From the NCBI GenBank assembly GCA_964597585.1, contig CAZQYU010000002.1, positions 1 to 49,311 on the forward strand: 49,311 nucleotides of DNA. The letters are read 5' to 3'. Source of the DNA: an uncultured Thermoanaerobaculia bacterium. Lineage in GTDB: Bacteria; Acidobacteriota; Thermoanaerobaculia; Thermoanaerobaculales; Sulfomarinibacteraceae. Positions 20,368 through 28,743 of the stretch are shown here, one piece after another (positions within the stretch are counted from its first letter, which is position 1; every line of letters begins with the position of its first letter). Made by a program: the position numbers and the translations under genes. The notes under the pieces were generated by a model. That model worked only from the letters and a program-made list of their open reading frames with translations, ran no database searches and was not told the origin of the DNA.

Positions 20368-20864
20368 GCCTTTCGCCGTCTGACGATGCTCCGGTCCCGG
20401 CCAACTGGGACCGGCTCCGCGACGACGGGACCGACGCCGAGGGCTGGTCACCGCCACCGCCGGCATCGGCGCCCCCGCGGTTGACCCTCGTCGCAGCGGC
20501 CTGGGGGGACCTGGTCGCACTGATCGCGGTGATCACCGTCTCCCTGGTGGCGGTTCTGGTTGCAGGACACCCGGTCACCGCCGCCGCGTTGCCCTGGACC
20601 TGTGCCCTCGCCGTCGCCTGGTGGCTGGCCTCTGGCTGCGTCCTGCTGGTGGTCCGGCGCGCGACGCCGGGAATGATCATGGCCGGCGTCGCGCTGCGCT
20701 CGCCGCTGGACCCGCGACGGCTGCCCTGGACGCTGCTGGTCGCCCTGCTCACCGCCGTAAGCGGCGGTCTTCTCGCCCTGCCCGGTGCGCGGCTTTCGCC
20801 GATCGCTCTGTCGAGCGGCTCGGAGATTGAGGTGGCGGTCCCCGACGCCGGGGGAATGGAGTGA
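20364..20864 (+). CDS. RDD-family integral membrane protein
   Basis: 166 aa with an ATGA overlap with the TPR gene. The RDD-like layout is RLTLVAAAWGDLVALIAV..., then TM helices, then RRATPGMIMAGVALRS. Confidence 0.55.
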   Translation: MSLSPSDDAPVPANWDRLRDDGTDAEGWSPPPPASAPPRLTLVAAAWGDLVALIAVITVSLVAVLVAGHPVTAAALPWTCALAVAWWLASGCVLLVVRRATPGMIMAGVALRSPLDPRRLPWTLLVALLTAVSGGLLALPGARLSPIALSSGSEIEVAVPDAGGME

Positions 20865-20916
20865 GCCGGCAGAGCGCATCGGACGCCCGCTGGGTCGGCG
20901 CGCACTCCTTCCCGGA

Positions 20917-21108
20917 TCAGCCCGCTCGGCGCTTGAAGACCATGCCGATGTGGTCGGTGGCGCCGGTCTTGAAGTTGATCGCGGTGATCGCCACGAGCTC
21001 CCACCCGGCGGCTCCGAGCTCGTTCAGCTGGGCTTCGTAGGCGGGATCGAGACGGTAGTTTTCGGATCGGATGTTGATGATCTTGTACTCCCAGCGGTCC
21101 CCTTCCAT
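20917..21108 (-). CDS. Small DUF4177-like protein
   Basis: ORF 20917..21951 trimmed to ATG 21108 behind GGAGGA. Sequence: MEGDRWEYKIINIRSENYRLDPAYEAQLNELGAAGWELVAITAINFKTGATDHIGMVFKRRAG. The WEYK...LNELGxxGWELV pattern fits DUF4177. Confidence 0.6.
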   Translation of the reverse strand: MEGDRWEYKIINIRSENYRLDPAYEAQLNELGAAGWELVAITAINFKTGATDHIGMVFKRRAG

Positions 21109-21189
21109 GCCATCCTCCCCGCTGTGTCCCGGATTCCCGTGGGAAAATTGTAGCACCGGGGCGGGAGAGGCCAGGGGCACGATCCGCCG

Positions 21190-21972
21190 ATGGGGGTTGC
21201 TGTCGTGACCCGACTGAGCGTGGTGGTGCCGGCGTACAACGAGGCGGGGCGGCTGGCGCCCTCCCTCGAGGCGATCCGAGAGTTCCTGCTCGCCAACGGC
21301 CGCTGGTTGCCGGCGGAGGTTGTCGTCGTCAACGACGGTTCCGCGGACGCCACGGACGCCACGGCGCGCCGCTTCTCGGGGGGCTCCGGGCTCCGCTTCG
21401 AGGTCCTCTCCCATCTCGTCAACCGAGGGAAGGGCGCCGCCGTACGAACCGGGTTCGCCGCCAGCCGTGGCGAGGCGGTCCTGCTCAGCGATGCCGACCT
21501 GGCGACCCCCATCGAGGAGCTCGAGCGGCTCGCGGTGGCATCGGGCGCACATGCCGTGGCGATCGGCTCGCGCGCCATCGACCGCGCTCTCATCGAGGTC
21601 CCCCAGCCGCGGTATCGAGACCTGATGGGCCGTGCCTTCAACCTCGGAGTCCGCGCGCTGGCCCTGCCGGGGATCCACGACAGCCAGTGCGGCTTCAAGC
21701 TCTTCCCCGGCAATCTGGCGCGTGCACTTGCCGGCGCCCAGCGGATCGACGGCTTCGCCTTCGACGTTGAGCTCCTGGTCCTCGCGCGGCGCTGGGGATG
21801 GACCGTGAGCGAGGTCCCGGTGCGTTGGCGCCACGTTGAGGCCTCGCGTGTGGCAGCTGTTCGGCACTCCGGCGAGATGCTGCGCGACCTGGTCGGGTTG
21901 GTCGCGCGGCGCATCCTCGGCCGGCTGCCCACGGCGCCGCCTCACGCCCACGGCGCGGCGGGCGAGCGATGA
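21190..21972 (+). CDS. Family 2 glycosyltransferase (polyprenyl/dolichyl-phosphate sugar synthase-like)
   Basis: 260 aa. Sequence: LSVVVPAYNEAGRL...VVVVNDGSADAT...NRGKGAAVRTGF...LLSDADLATPIEE...DSQCGFKLF...FAFDVELLVLARRWG. Confidence 0.85.
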   Translation: MGVAVVTRLSVVVPAYNEAGRLAPSLEAIREFLLANGRWLPAEVVVVNDGSADATDATARRFSGGSGLRFEVLSHLVNRGKGAAVRTGFAASRGEAVLLSDADLATPIEELERLAVASGAHAVAIGSRAIDRALIEVPQPRYRDLMGRAFNLGVRALALPGIHDSQCGFKLFPGNLARALAGAQRIDGFAFDVELLVLARRWGWTVSEVPVRWRHVEASRVAAVRHSGEMLRDLVGLVARRILGRLPTAPPHAHGAAGER

Positions 21973-22883
21973 CCGACCCGGATCTCGAGGCGGCTTTCCT
22001 GGTCGAGGAGTTCCTCGCCCACCTGCAGTGGGAGCGCAACCTCGCCCCGCGCACCGTCGCCGCCTACCGGCGCGAGCTCCTCTCGTTCGCCGCGTTCGCG
22101 CACGCCGAGCTCGGACGCGGCACGCCGGGCGCGGTCCAAGCGGGCGACGTGCGCGCCTATCTCGCCCACCTCCACGGCCGTCATCTTGCTGCGCGCTCGA
22201 CCGAGCGGGCGCTCGCCGCGCTGCGCACCTTCTTCTCCTTTCTGCTCGATGAGGGGATCGTGGCGAGCAACCCCGCGCGGGCCGTCCCCCACCCGCGCCG
22301 CGAGCACCGCGTCCCGGAAACCGTGACCCTGGGCGCGCTCCGCGATCTACTGGAGGGTTTCCCCGACACGCCGGCCGGTCACCGCGACCGGGCGGCCCTC
22401 GAGCTACTCTACGGAGCCGGACTTCGGGTCGGCGAGCTGGTCGACCTCGACCTCGCTGACGTCCAGCTTGGTCAGCGCCTGCTCCGGGTTCGCGGTAAGG
22501 GACGCAAGGAGCGCGTGGTGCCTTTCGGGCGCTTCGCCGCCGCCGCTCTCACCGCCTATCTTCCAGATCGCGCCGCCTGGCGCCGGTCGAGCCCGCGCGG
22601 GGATCGCGAACCGCTCCTCGTCAATCAGCGCGGCGGCCGCCTCAGCGACCGCTCGGTGCGACGGCTCCTCGACGTCGCCGTCGCCCGGGTGGCCGGTCTC
22701 CATCACCTCCACCCACACGACCTCCGCCACGCCTTCGCGACCCACCTCCTCGAAGCCGGCATGGACCTGCGCGCCATCCAGGAGCTGCTCGGTCACGCCT
22801 CGCTGGGAACCACCCAGATCTACACCAACGTCGACCTCGCCCACCTGATGGCGGTGTACCGGAAGTCCCACCCGAAGGCCTAA
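21969..22883 (+). CDS. xerC: Tyrosine recombinase XerC/XerD family
   Basis: 304 aa with an ATGA overlap with the GT2 gene. Sequence: FLAHLQWERNLAPRTVAAYRRELLSF, ALELLYGAGLRVGELVDL, HPHDLRHAFATHLLEAGMDLRAIQELLGHASLGTTQIYTNV. The R..HxxR..Y catalytic layout is present. The choice of XerC over XerD is uncertain. Confidence 0.85.
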   Translation: MTDPDLEAAFLVEEFLAHLQWERNLAPRTVAAYRRELLSFAAFAHAELGRGTPGAVQAGDVRAYLAHLHGRHLAARSTERALAALRTFFSFLLDEGIVASNPARAVPHPRREHRVPETVTLGALRDLLEGFPDTPAGHRDRAALELLYGAGLRVGELVDLDLADVQLGQRLLRVRGKGRKERVVPFGRFAAAALTAYLPDRAAWRRSSPRGDREPLLVNQRGGRLSDRSVRRLLDVAVARVAGLHHLHPHDLRHAFATHLLEAGMDLRAIQELLGHASLGTTQIYTNVDLAHLMAVYRKSHPKA

Positions 22884-22948
22884 CGGATTTCACCACAGAG
22901 ACACAGAGGCGCAGACAGGACACAGAGCCCGCGATGCGTCTCTGCGGT

Positions 22949-24307
22949 TCAGACCGCCACGGCTGCGTGTGCCGCCGCCGGGGTCGCGCCGGGGGTGGCC
23001 GCACCCCAGGACGCGATCGCCGACAGGGCCCGCTCGGCCTGCTGCTCCCGGCGCCTGCGTTTGTCGCGGATGGCTTCGAGCGCCTCCGGACAAACGATGA
23101 GTCCCCACGAGATGTTGGCCGGCTGGAACGTGGCCGCCGGGCGCTCGGTGAGATGACGAACGAGCCCGCCGTGGGCTGTGTTTCGGGGAACGGGAGGCGC
23201 CGGAGACCCGGTGAGCTCCGCCGCCAGCATGCGCGCGGCGATGAGGCCGGTGGCCGCCGACTCGACGTAGCCCTCGACGCCGGTGACCTGTCCGGCGAGT
23301 CGCAGGTCCGGCCTGGAGGTCAACCGGAGCCGAGAGTCGACGTGGGCCGGAGCGTTCACGAAGGTGTTGCGGTGGATCATCCCGAAACGCACGAAACGGG
23401 CCGCCTCGAGCCCGGGAATGCGGCGGAAGACCTCCTGTTGTGCGGCGAAGGTGAGCTTGGTCTGGAAACCGACCAGGTTCCAGTGCTCCGCCGCGAGGTC
23501 GTCCTGGCGCAGCTGGACCACCGCCCATGGGCGCCGTCCGGTGCGCGGGTCGATCAGTCCTACCGGCTTCATCGGCCCGTAGCGGAGGGTGTCGGTACCC
23601 CGCTCGGCCATGACCTCGATCGGCAGGCAACCCTCGAAGTAGCGCACCTGCTCGGCCTCGAAAGCCTTGAGCGGCACCCGCTCGGCGGTCAGCAGCACGT
23701 TCACGAAGGCCTCGTACTCCGCCCGGTCCATGGCGGCGTTGAGGTAGTCCTCGCCGCCCCCCTTGCCGTAACGCGAAGCCCGAAACAGACGCTCAAGATC
23801 GAGGCTGTCGGCCGCGACGATCGGCGCGATGGCGTCGAAGAACGCGAGCGAGCCCTCTCCGAGCTGCGCCTCCAGCGCGGCGTGGAGCGCCGGGGAGGTG
23901 AGCGGCCCGGTGGCGATGATCGCCGGCCCCGACGGCAGCTCAACCACCTCCTCGCGGACCACCTCGACCCGCGGGTGTCGCCCCAGGACGCCGGTCACAG
24001 CGCCGGAGAAGATCTCGCGGTCGACCGCCAGCGCCGATCCCGCCGGGACCGCCGCTGCGCGCGCCGCGACAATGATCAGAGACCCGAGCGCCTCCATCTC
24101 GCGCTTGAGCAACCCGACGGCGTTGGCGATCGTGTCTCCGCGTAGGGAGTTGGAGCACACCAGCTCCGCCAGGGCACCGCTGCGGTGGACCGGCGTCGGG
24201 CGCAGCGGTCGCATCTCGATCAGCCGCACCTCGTGCCCGGCCTCGGCGAGCTGCCAGGCGGCCTCGCTCCCCGCGAGCCCCCCGCCGACGACCTGAACCT
24301 CGGTCAA
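22949..24307 (-). CDS. trmFO: Methylenetetrahydrofolate--tRNA-(uracil54-C5)-methyltransferase TrmFO
   Basis: 452 aa with a TTG start at 24307 (TTGA overlap with the topA stop). Sequence: TEVQVVGGGLAGSEAAWQLAEAGHEVRLIEMRP...HRSGALAELVCSNSLRGD...GQVTGVEGYVESAATGL. Confidence 0.93.
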   Translation of the reverse strand: MTEVQVVGGGLAGSEAAWQLAEAGHEVRLIEMRPLRPTPVHRSGALAELVCSNSLRGDTIANAVGLLKREMEALGSLIIVAARAAAVPAGSALAVDREIFSGAVTGVLGRHPRVEVVREEVVELPSGPAIIATGPLTSPALHAALEAQLGEGSLAFFDAIAPIVAADSLDLERLFRASRYGKGGGEDYLNAAMDRAEYEAFVNVLLTAERVPLKAFEAEQVRYFEGCLPIEVMAERGTDTLRYGPMKPVGLIDPRTGRRPWAVVQLRQDDLAAEHWNLVGFQTKLTFAAQQEVFRRIPGLEAARFVRFGMIHRNTFVNAPAHVDSRLRLTSRPDLRLAGQVTGVEGYVESAATGLIAARMLAAELTGSPAPPVPRNTAHGGLVRHLTERPAATFQPANISWGLIVCPEALEAIRDKRRRREQQAERALSAIASWGAATPGATPAAAHAAVAV

Positions 24308-26595
24308 GCCCCTCTCTCGTCGCCGTTGTCAGGAGCCGGCATCCTGTGGCCGCACTCCTTGTTGGGGCACGCCAACTCGCGCCCGCGCCGCTTGGTGTCC
24401 TTGAGCCCCATCACGGCCAGGCCGCACTCGGGGCAGGGGACGGCGATCGGCGGATCCCACATGGTGAAGTCGCACTTGGGGTAGCGGCTGCAGCCGTAAA
24501 ACGTCCTCCCGCGTCGGGAGCGTCGGGCAAAGATCTCGCCGTCGCAGTCGGGCCGTGGGCATGCGACGCCTGTCGGCTCGGGTTTGGCCGCGGGCGCGCC
24601 GCCGATTCGCCGCGTGCCGCGACACTCCGGGTAGCGCGAGCAGGCCCAGAAGGGGCCGAAGCGGGAGCGCTTCTGGACCATCTCCGCGTCACACTCGGGA
24701 CAGCGGGGCGCCTCCTCGGTTGCAGCCTCCTCGCCGGCGGCCGCGGCGGCGGCCGTGTCCCGGGTGTAGCTGCACGTCGGATACGCGGAGCAGGCCAGGA
24801 AGCTGCCGTAGCGACCGAACTTCATCACCAGAGGCGAGCCGCACTCCGGGCACACCTCGTCGGTCGGCAGGCCCTTGCCTTTGACCTGCTCCATGCTGCC
24901 GCGCGCGCTTTCGAGGGCGCGCGCAAACGATTCGGCGAAGCGTGAGACCAGCGCCCGCCAGTCCTCCTCGCCCTCGGCGACACGGTCCAGGTCGCCCTCG
25001 AGGCGCGCCGTGTAGGCCTCGTCGATGAGGTCGGTGAAGGCACCGGTGAGCAGGCGAGTGACCACCGTACCGAGGTCGGTGGGATGGAAGCTGCCCTTGT
25101 CGCGGACGACGTAGTCCCGCGAGGAGAGGGTCTGGAGGATCGAGGCATAGGTCGATGGGCGACCGATCCCGTTCTCTTCCAACGCCTTCACCAGGCTGGC
25201 CTCAGTGAAGCGCGGTGGCGGCTGAGTGAACTTCTGCTCGAGCTGAACGCCGCGGCAGACGAGGTCCACACCGGCCTCGAGGCCCGCCGGAAGGGCGACG
25301 TTCGCGTCGCCCACCCCTTCGCCCTCCTCTGTGTCCTGCCACAGGCGCAGGAAACCCGGGTCGCGCAGGACGCGGCCGGTCGCCGCGAGCCCGTATTCCC
25401 CGGCCACGGCCTCGACCTGGGTCACGTCGAAGGTGGCGCGGTGCATCTGGGACGCGACGAAACGCTCCCAGATCAGTCGGTAGAGACGGAGCTCTTCCGG
25501 CTCGAGGTGCTGCGCGACCAGCTCCGGGGTCAGGTCGACGTCCGCGGGGCGGATCGCTTCGTGGGCGTCCTGGGCGGTCGAGCGATTGCGGTATCGGTTG
25601 GGCGCTGCGGGCAGGGCGGCCTCGCCCCAGCGCTCTACGATCAACGCGCGCGCTGCCGCCACCGACTCCTCGGAGACCCGGAAGGAATCGGTCCGCATGT
25701 AGGTGATCAGGCCGATCCGACCGCGCGTGCCGAGGTCGACCCCCTCATAGAGCCGCTGCGCGATCTGCATCGCGCGCCGAACCGGCAGGCGGAGCCGGCG
25801 CGAGGCTTCCTGCTGCAGGTGGGAGGTGATGAACGGGGGCTTTGGCGACTGGGTGGCGGACTTGCGCGTGACCTTGGCGATCCTGAGCGGGCCCCGCTCG
25901 ATCGCAGTGCGCGCCGCCTGAGCGTCCTCGGCCGAGCCGGGCCGCCACTTGCGGCCCTCTCGGCGGGCGAGGCGGAGACGGAACTCCGGCGGCTCGGCGG
26001 CCGCCGCGAGCGCATCGACCAGCCAGTACTCCTCGGACTCAAAGGCTCCGATTTCCGCCTCGCGGTCGCAGATCATCTTGAGCGCGACCGATTGCACCCT
26101 TCCCGCCGACAGTCCACGCTTGACTTTCTGCCACAGCAGCGGTGACAGGCGGTAGCCCATCAGGCGGTCGATCACCCGGCGCGCCTGCTGCGCGTTGACA
26201 CGGTCTATGTCGATGTCCCGCGTGTGCTCGAGGGCCTCCGTCACCGCGCGGCGAGTGATCTCGTGAAACTCGACCCGGTGAAGGGGCCGGTCGAGGTCGC
26301 GCAGGACCTCCGCGATGTGCCAGCAGATCGCCTCGCCCTCGCGGTCAGGGTCGGTCGCGAGGAAGACGTCGGCCGCGGCGGCTGCGGCCCGGCGCAGCTC
26401 GCCGACAACCTTCTCCTTCGCCGGCAGGATTTCGTACTGCGGCTCGTATCCCGCCGCCTCGTCCACGCCGAGAGTGCTCTTGGGCAGGTCGCGGATATGG
26501 CCCACGGAAGCCTTCACGGCGAATCCGGAACCGAGGATCTTTCCAATCGTCCGCGCCTTGGCCGGCGACTCGACGATAAGAAGTTTCTGCGCCAT
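24304..26595 (-). CDS. topA: DNA topoisomerase I
   Basis: ORF trimmed to ATG 26595 behind GGAGG. Sequence: MAQKLLIVESPAKARTIGKILG... (TOPRIM), ITYMRTDS (active-site Tyr block). The C-terminus has several CxxC...CxxC zinc ribbons. Confidence 0.97.
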   Translation of the reverse strand: MAQKLLIVESPAKARTIGKILGSGFAVKASVGHIRDLPKSTLGVDEAAGYEPQYEILPAKEKVVGELRRAAAAAADVFLATDPDREGEAICWHIAEVLRDLDRPLHRVEFHEITRRAVTEALEHTRDIDIDRVNAQQARRVIDRLMGYRLSPLLWQKVKRGLSAGRVQSVALKMICDREAEIGAFESEEYWLVDALAAAAEPPEFRLRLARREGRKWRPGSAEDAQAARTAIERGPLRIAKVTRKSATQSPKPPFITSHLQQEASRRLRLPVRRAMQIAQRLYEGVDLGTRGRIGLITYMRTDSFRVSEESVAAARALIVERWGEAALPAAPNRYRNRSTAQDAHEAIRPADVDLTPELVAQHLEPEELRLYRLIWERFVASQMHRATFDVTQVEAVAGEYGLAATGRVLRDPGFLRLWQDTEEGEGVGDANVALPAGLEAGVDLVCRGVQLEQKFTQPPPRFTEASLVKALEENGIGRPSTYASILQTLSSRDYVVRDKGSFHPTDLGTVVTRLLTGAFTDLIDEAYTARLEGDLDRVAEGEEDWRALVSRFAESFARALESARGSMEQVKGKGLPTDEVCPECGSPLVMKFGRYGSFLACSAYPTCSYTRDTAAAAAAGEEAATEEAPRCPECDAEMVQKRSRFGPFWACSRYPECRGTRRIGGAPAAKPEPTGVACPRPDCDGEIFARRSRRGRTFYGCSRYPKCDFTMWDPPIAVPCPECGLAVMGLKDTKRRGRELACPNKECGHRMPAPDNGDERGA

Positions 26596-26708
26596 AGGCG
26601 CCTCCTTCAAGCGCGCCACACTACCACACCCCGATCGGCGCACGCGCCGGTACGTTTCGAGGGGAAGCACACCTCGTCGAGAGGGTGTCAGAGGCGAAGC
26701 CGCGGCGA

Positions 26709-27794
26709 TCAGCGCCGAGAGAACCGGCCGTCCGCCAAGCGCTCCACGGCACCCGCGAGCTCGAGCTCGAGCAGCTCGACCAGCGTTTCGCGGACCGCCT
26801 GCTGGGCGCGGGCGGCGATCTCGTCCACCGCCAACGCTTCCCCGCGTGGCAGGATTCCCAGCAGGCCCGCCGGCTCGTCTCCTCCTCTGGATGCCTCCCC
26901 GATCGGCCCCGCCATGGGGTCGAGTAGATCGCGCAGCGTGACGAGCGGCCGCGCGCCGAGACCGAGCAGGGCGTTCGGGCCCAGCGACTGGTCGGAGAAG
27001 ATGCTTCCCGGCACCGCAACCACCTCGCGGCCTTCGTCGAGCGCCAAGCGGGCCGTAACCAGCGCCCCGGACCGGGCGGCCGCCTCGACCACCACCACGG
27101 TGTCGACCATCCCAGCGATGATCCGGTTGCGCTCGGGAAAGTGATGGCGCCGGGGCGCTGTGCCCGGCGGGTACTCGGTGACCAGGGCGCCGGACTCCCC
27201 AATGCTGTCCGCAAGTGCCCGATGCTCTGCGGGATAGACGCGGTCCGGCCCGGTGCCCCAGACAGCGATTGTCTGTCCGCCGGCGGCGATGGCGCCTTCG
27301 TGGGCGGCCGCGTCCACGCCGCGGGCCATCCCGGAAACGACCGTCACCCCGGCTCCTGCGAGCTCCTCAGCGAGAGCCCGTGCGACCTGGCGGCCGTAAG
27401 CGGTCGCGCGCCGCGAGCCGACGACCCCAACACGTCGCGCGGGCGCCAGCCTTCCGCGGACGAAGAGGCCGAGGGGGGGATCGGCGGTCACGGCGAGGTC
27501 CGCAGGGTACTCCGGATCGCAGGGCGTCAGCCAGCGCCACCCGTCGGCGGCGAGGCGCGCCTTGAGCTTGGGCGCTTCGTCGCGCGCGATATCACGCGCC
27601 ACGCCGGCGAGCGGTCGGAGCCGCTCGCGGCCGGCAAGCAGTTCCAGGGGGGACACTTCGGCCGGCTCGCGAGCAATCAGTCCGCGAACCGCCCGCCCAC
27701 CCCCGGCGAGGAGGATGGCGAGACGTGCGAGTGGGATCTCGACGCCCATCACCGCATGGTACCCGGACGCGGGGCGGAGGAGTGCGTAGCTCAT
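26709..27794 (-). CDS. dprA: DNA-processing protein DprA (Smf)
   Basis: Sequence: VGVVGSRRATAYGRQVARALAEELAGAGVTVVSGMARGVDAAAHEGAIAAGGQTIAVWGTGPDRVYPAEHRAL...HFPERNRIIAGMVDTVVVVEAAARSGALVTARLALDEGREVVAVPG. The start is uncertain (ATG 27794 or 27749). Confidence 0.9.
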   Translation of the reverse strand: MSYALLRPASGYHAVMGVEIPLARLAILLAGGGRAVRGLIAREPAEVSPLELLAGRERLRPLAGVARDIARDEAPKLKARLAADGWRWLTPCDPEYPADLAVTADPPLGLFVRGRLAPARRVGVVGSRRATAYGRQVARALAEELAGAGVTVVSGMARGVDAAAHEGAIAAGGQTIAVWGTGPDRVYPAEHRALADSIGESGALVTEYPPGTAPRRHHFPERNRIIAGMVDTVVVVEAAARSGALVTARLALDEGREVVAVPGSIFSDQSLGPNALLGLGARPLVTLRDLLDPMAGPIGEASRGGDEPAGLLGILPRGEALAVDEIAARAQQAVRETLVELLELELAGAVERLADGRFSRR

Positions 27795-27924
27795 GGATGG
27801 ATGGTGGATTTGGGAGCGCCGTGACGCCTCCGTTGAGGCGTATTCGAGGAGCAGGACTCCCAGTACGGGCCGAGAGTGCAACACGAACGGGGCTTCACGC
27901 CGCCCGAAAGACGCCGTGCACGCC

Positions 27925-28743
27925 ATGGGCTACACACTCCTGGCGGCACGGTATACTCACGTGGTGAAGCTCCGCGTCCTGGGCAGCTTTGGCGGCGACA
28001 GCCCGACCTGTCGGATGACGTCGTTCGTGGTCGATGACACGGTGGCCGTGGATGCCGGCGCCATCACCCGGGCGTTGCCTATTCCCGAGCAGAGCCGGAT
28101 TCGGCACGTCCTCATCACCCACTCCCACATCGACCACACCGCGACCCTGCCGTTCCTCATCGAGAACACCTTCGGCGTCAACGAAGAGGCGATGTCGATC
28201 TACTCCACCCGCCGCATTCTGGCGGTCGTTCGCCGCCATGTGTTCAACAACGACACCTGGCCGGACTTCAGCCGGATCCCCAACCGGGTCTACCCGCGGC
28301 TGCGTTTTGTCGCCATCGAGGCGGAGCGTCCGTTCGTCATCACCGGCCTGCCCAGCGGTGACCTCGAGGTCACCGCTGTTCCGGTCAACCATATCGTGCC
28401 AACGGTCGGGCTGCTGCTTCGCCAAGGCGGCGGCAGCATCCTGTTCACCTCCGACACGGGGCCGACCGACAGGGTGTGGCAGGTCGCCAACGAGACATCG
28501 GACCTGGGCGCGGTGATCACCGAGTGCTCGTTCCCCAACCGACTGCAAGCCCTCGCCGATGTCAGCCTCCACCTGAGCCCGCAGACACTGGCCGACGAGC
28601 TCGGCAAGCTCAACCGCCCGACTCGGGTTCTGATCTACCACTTCAAGCCACCGTACGTCGACGAGCTCCGAGCGGAGCTCGGCTCGACCCGGCTGCCGTG
28701 GCCCGTCGAGGAGCTCGAGCAGGGCCGCGAGTACGAGTTCTAA
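27925..28743 (+). CDS. MBL-fold hydrolase, class II cyclic-nucleotide phosphodiesterase-like
   Basis: Sequence: KLRVLGSFGG...VDAGAI...HVLITHSHIDHTATLPFLIEN (HxHxDH metal motif)...FTSDTGPT...ITECSFPN. The start is uncertain. ATG 27925 is listed, but GTG 27961/27964 (V-KLRVLG) fits the usual N-terminus of this family better. Confidence 0.7.
   Translation: MGYTLLAARYTHVVKLRVLGSFGGDSPTCRMTSFVVDDTVAVDAGAITRALPIPEQSRIRHVLITHSHIDHTATLPFLIENTFGVNEEAMSIYSTRRILAVVRRHVFNNDTWPDFSRIPNRVYPRLRFVAIEAERPFVITGLPSGDLEVTAVPVNHIVPTVGLLLRQGGGSILFTSDTGPTDRVWQVANETSDLGAVITECSFPNRLQALADVSLHLSPQTLADELGKLNRPTRVLIYHFKPPYVDELRAELGSTRLPWPVEELEQGREYEF

Noticed and set aside
21969-22883. The tyrosine recombinase as a possible marker of an integrated mobile element or genomic island.
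   Set aside because: The sequence has XerC/XerD-type motifs. Both flanks are core genes (GT2, trmFO-topA-dprA). I saw no flanking direct repeats, adjacent tRNA or cargo genes. A dprA-topA-trmFO-xerC neighbourhood is a known housekeeping cluster in other phyla.
27955-27970. Other CACGTG-containing sites were checked as extra parS candidates. These lie around 27958, 8905, 9838, 14040, 16013 and 17455.
   Set aside because: Their flanking half-sites match TGTT./.AACA at only 1-3 of 5 positions per arm. Only 46141, 47239 and, weakly, 46006 resemble parS.
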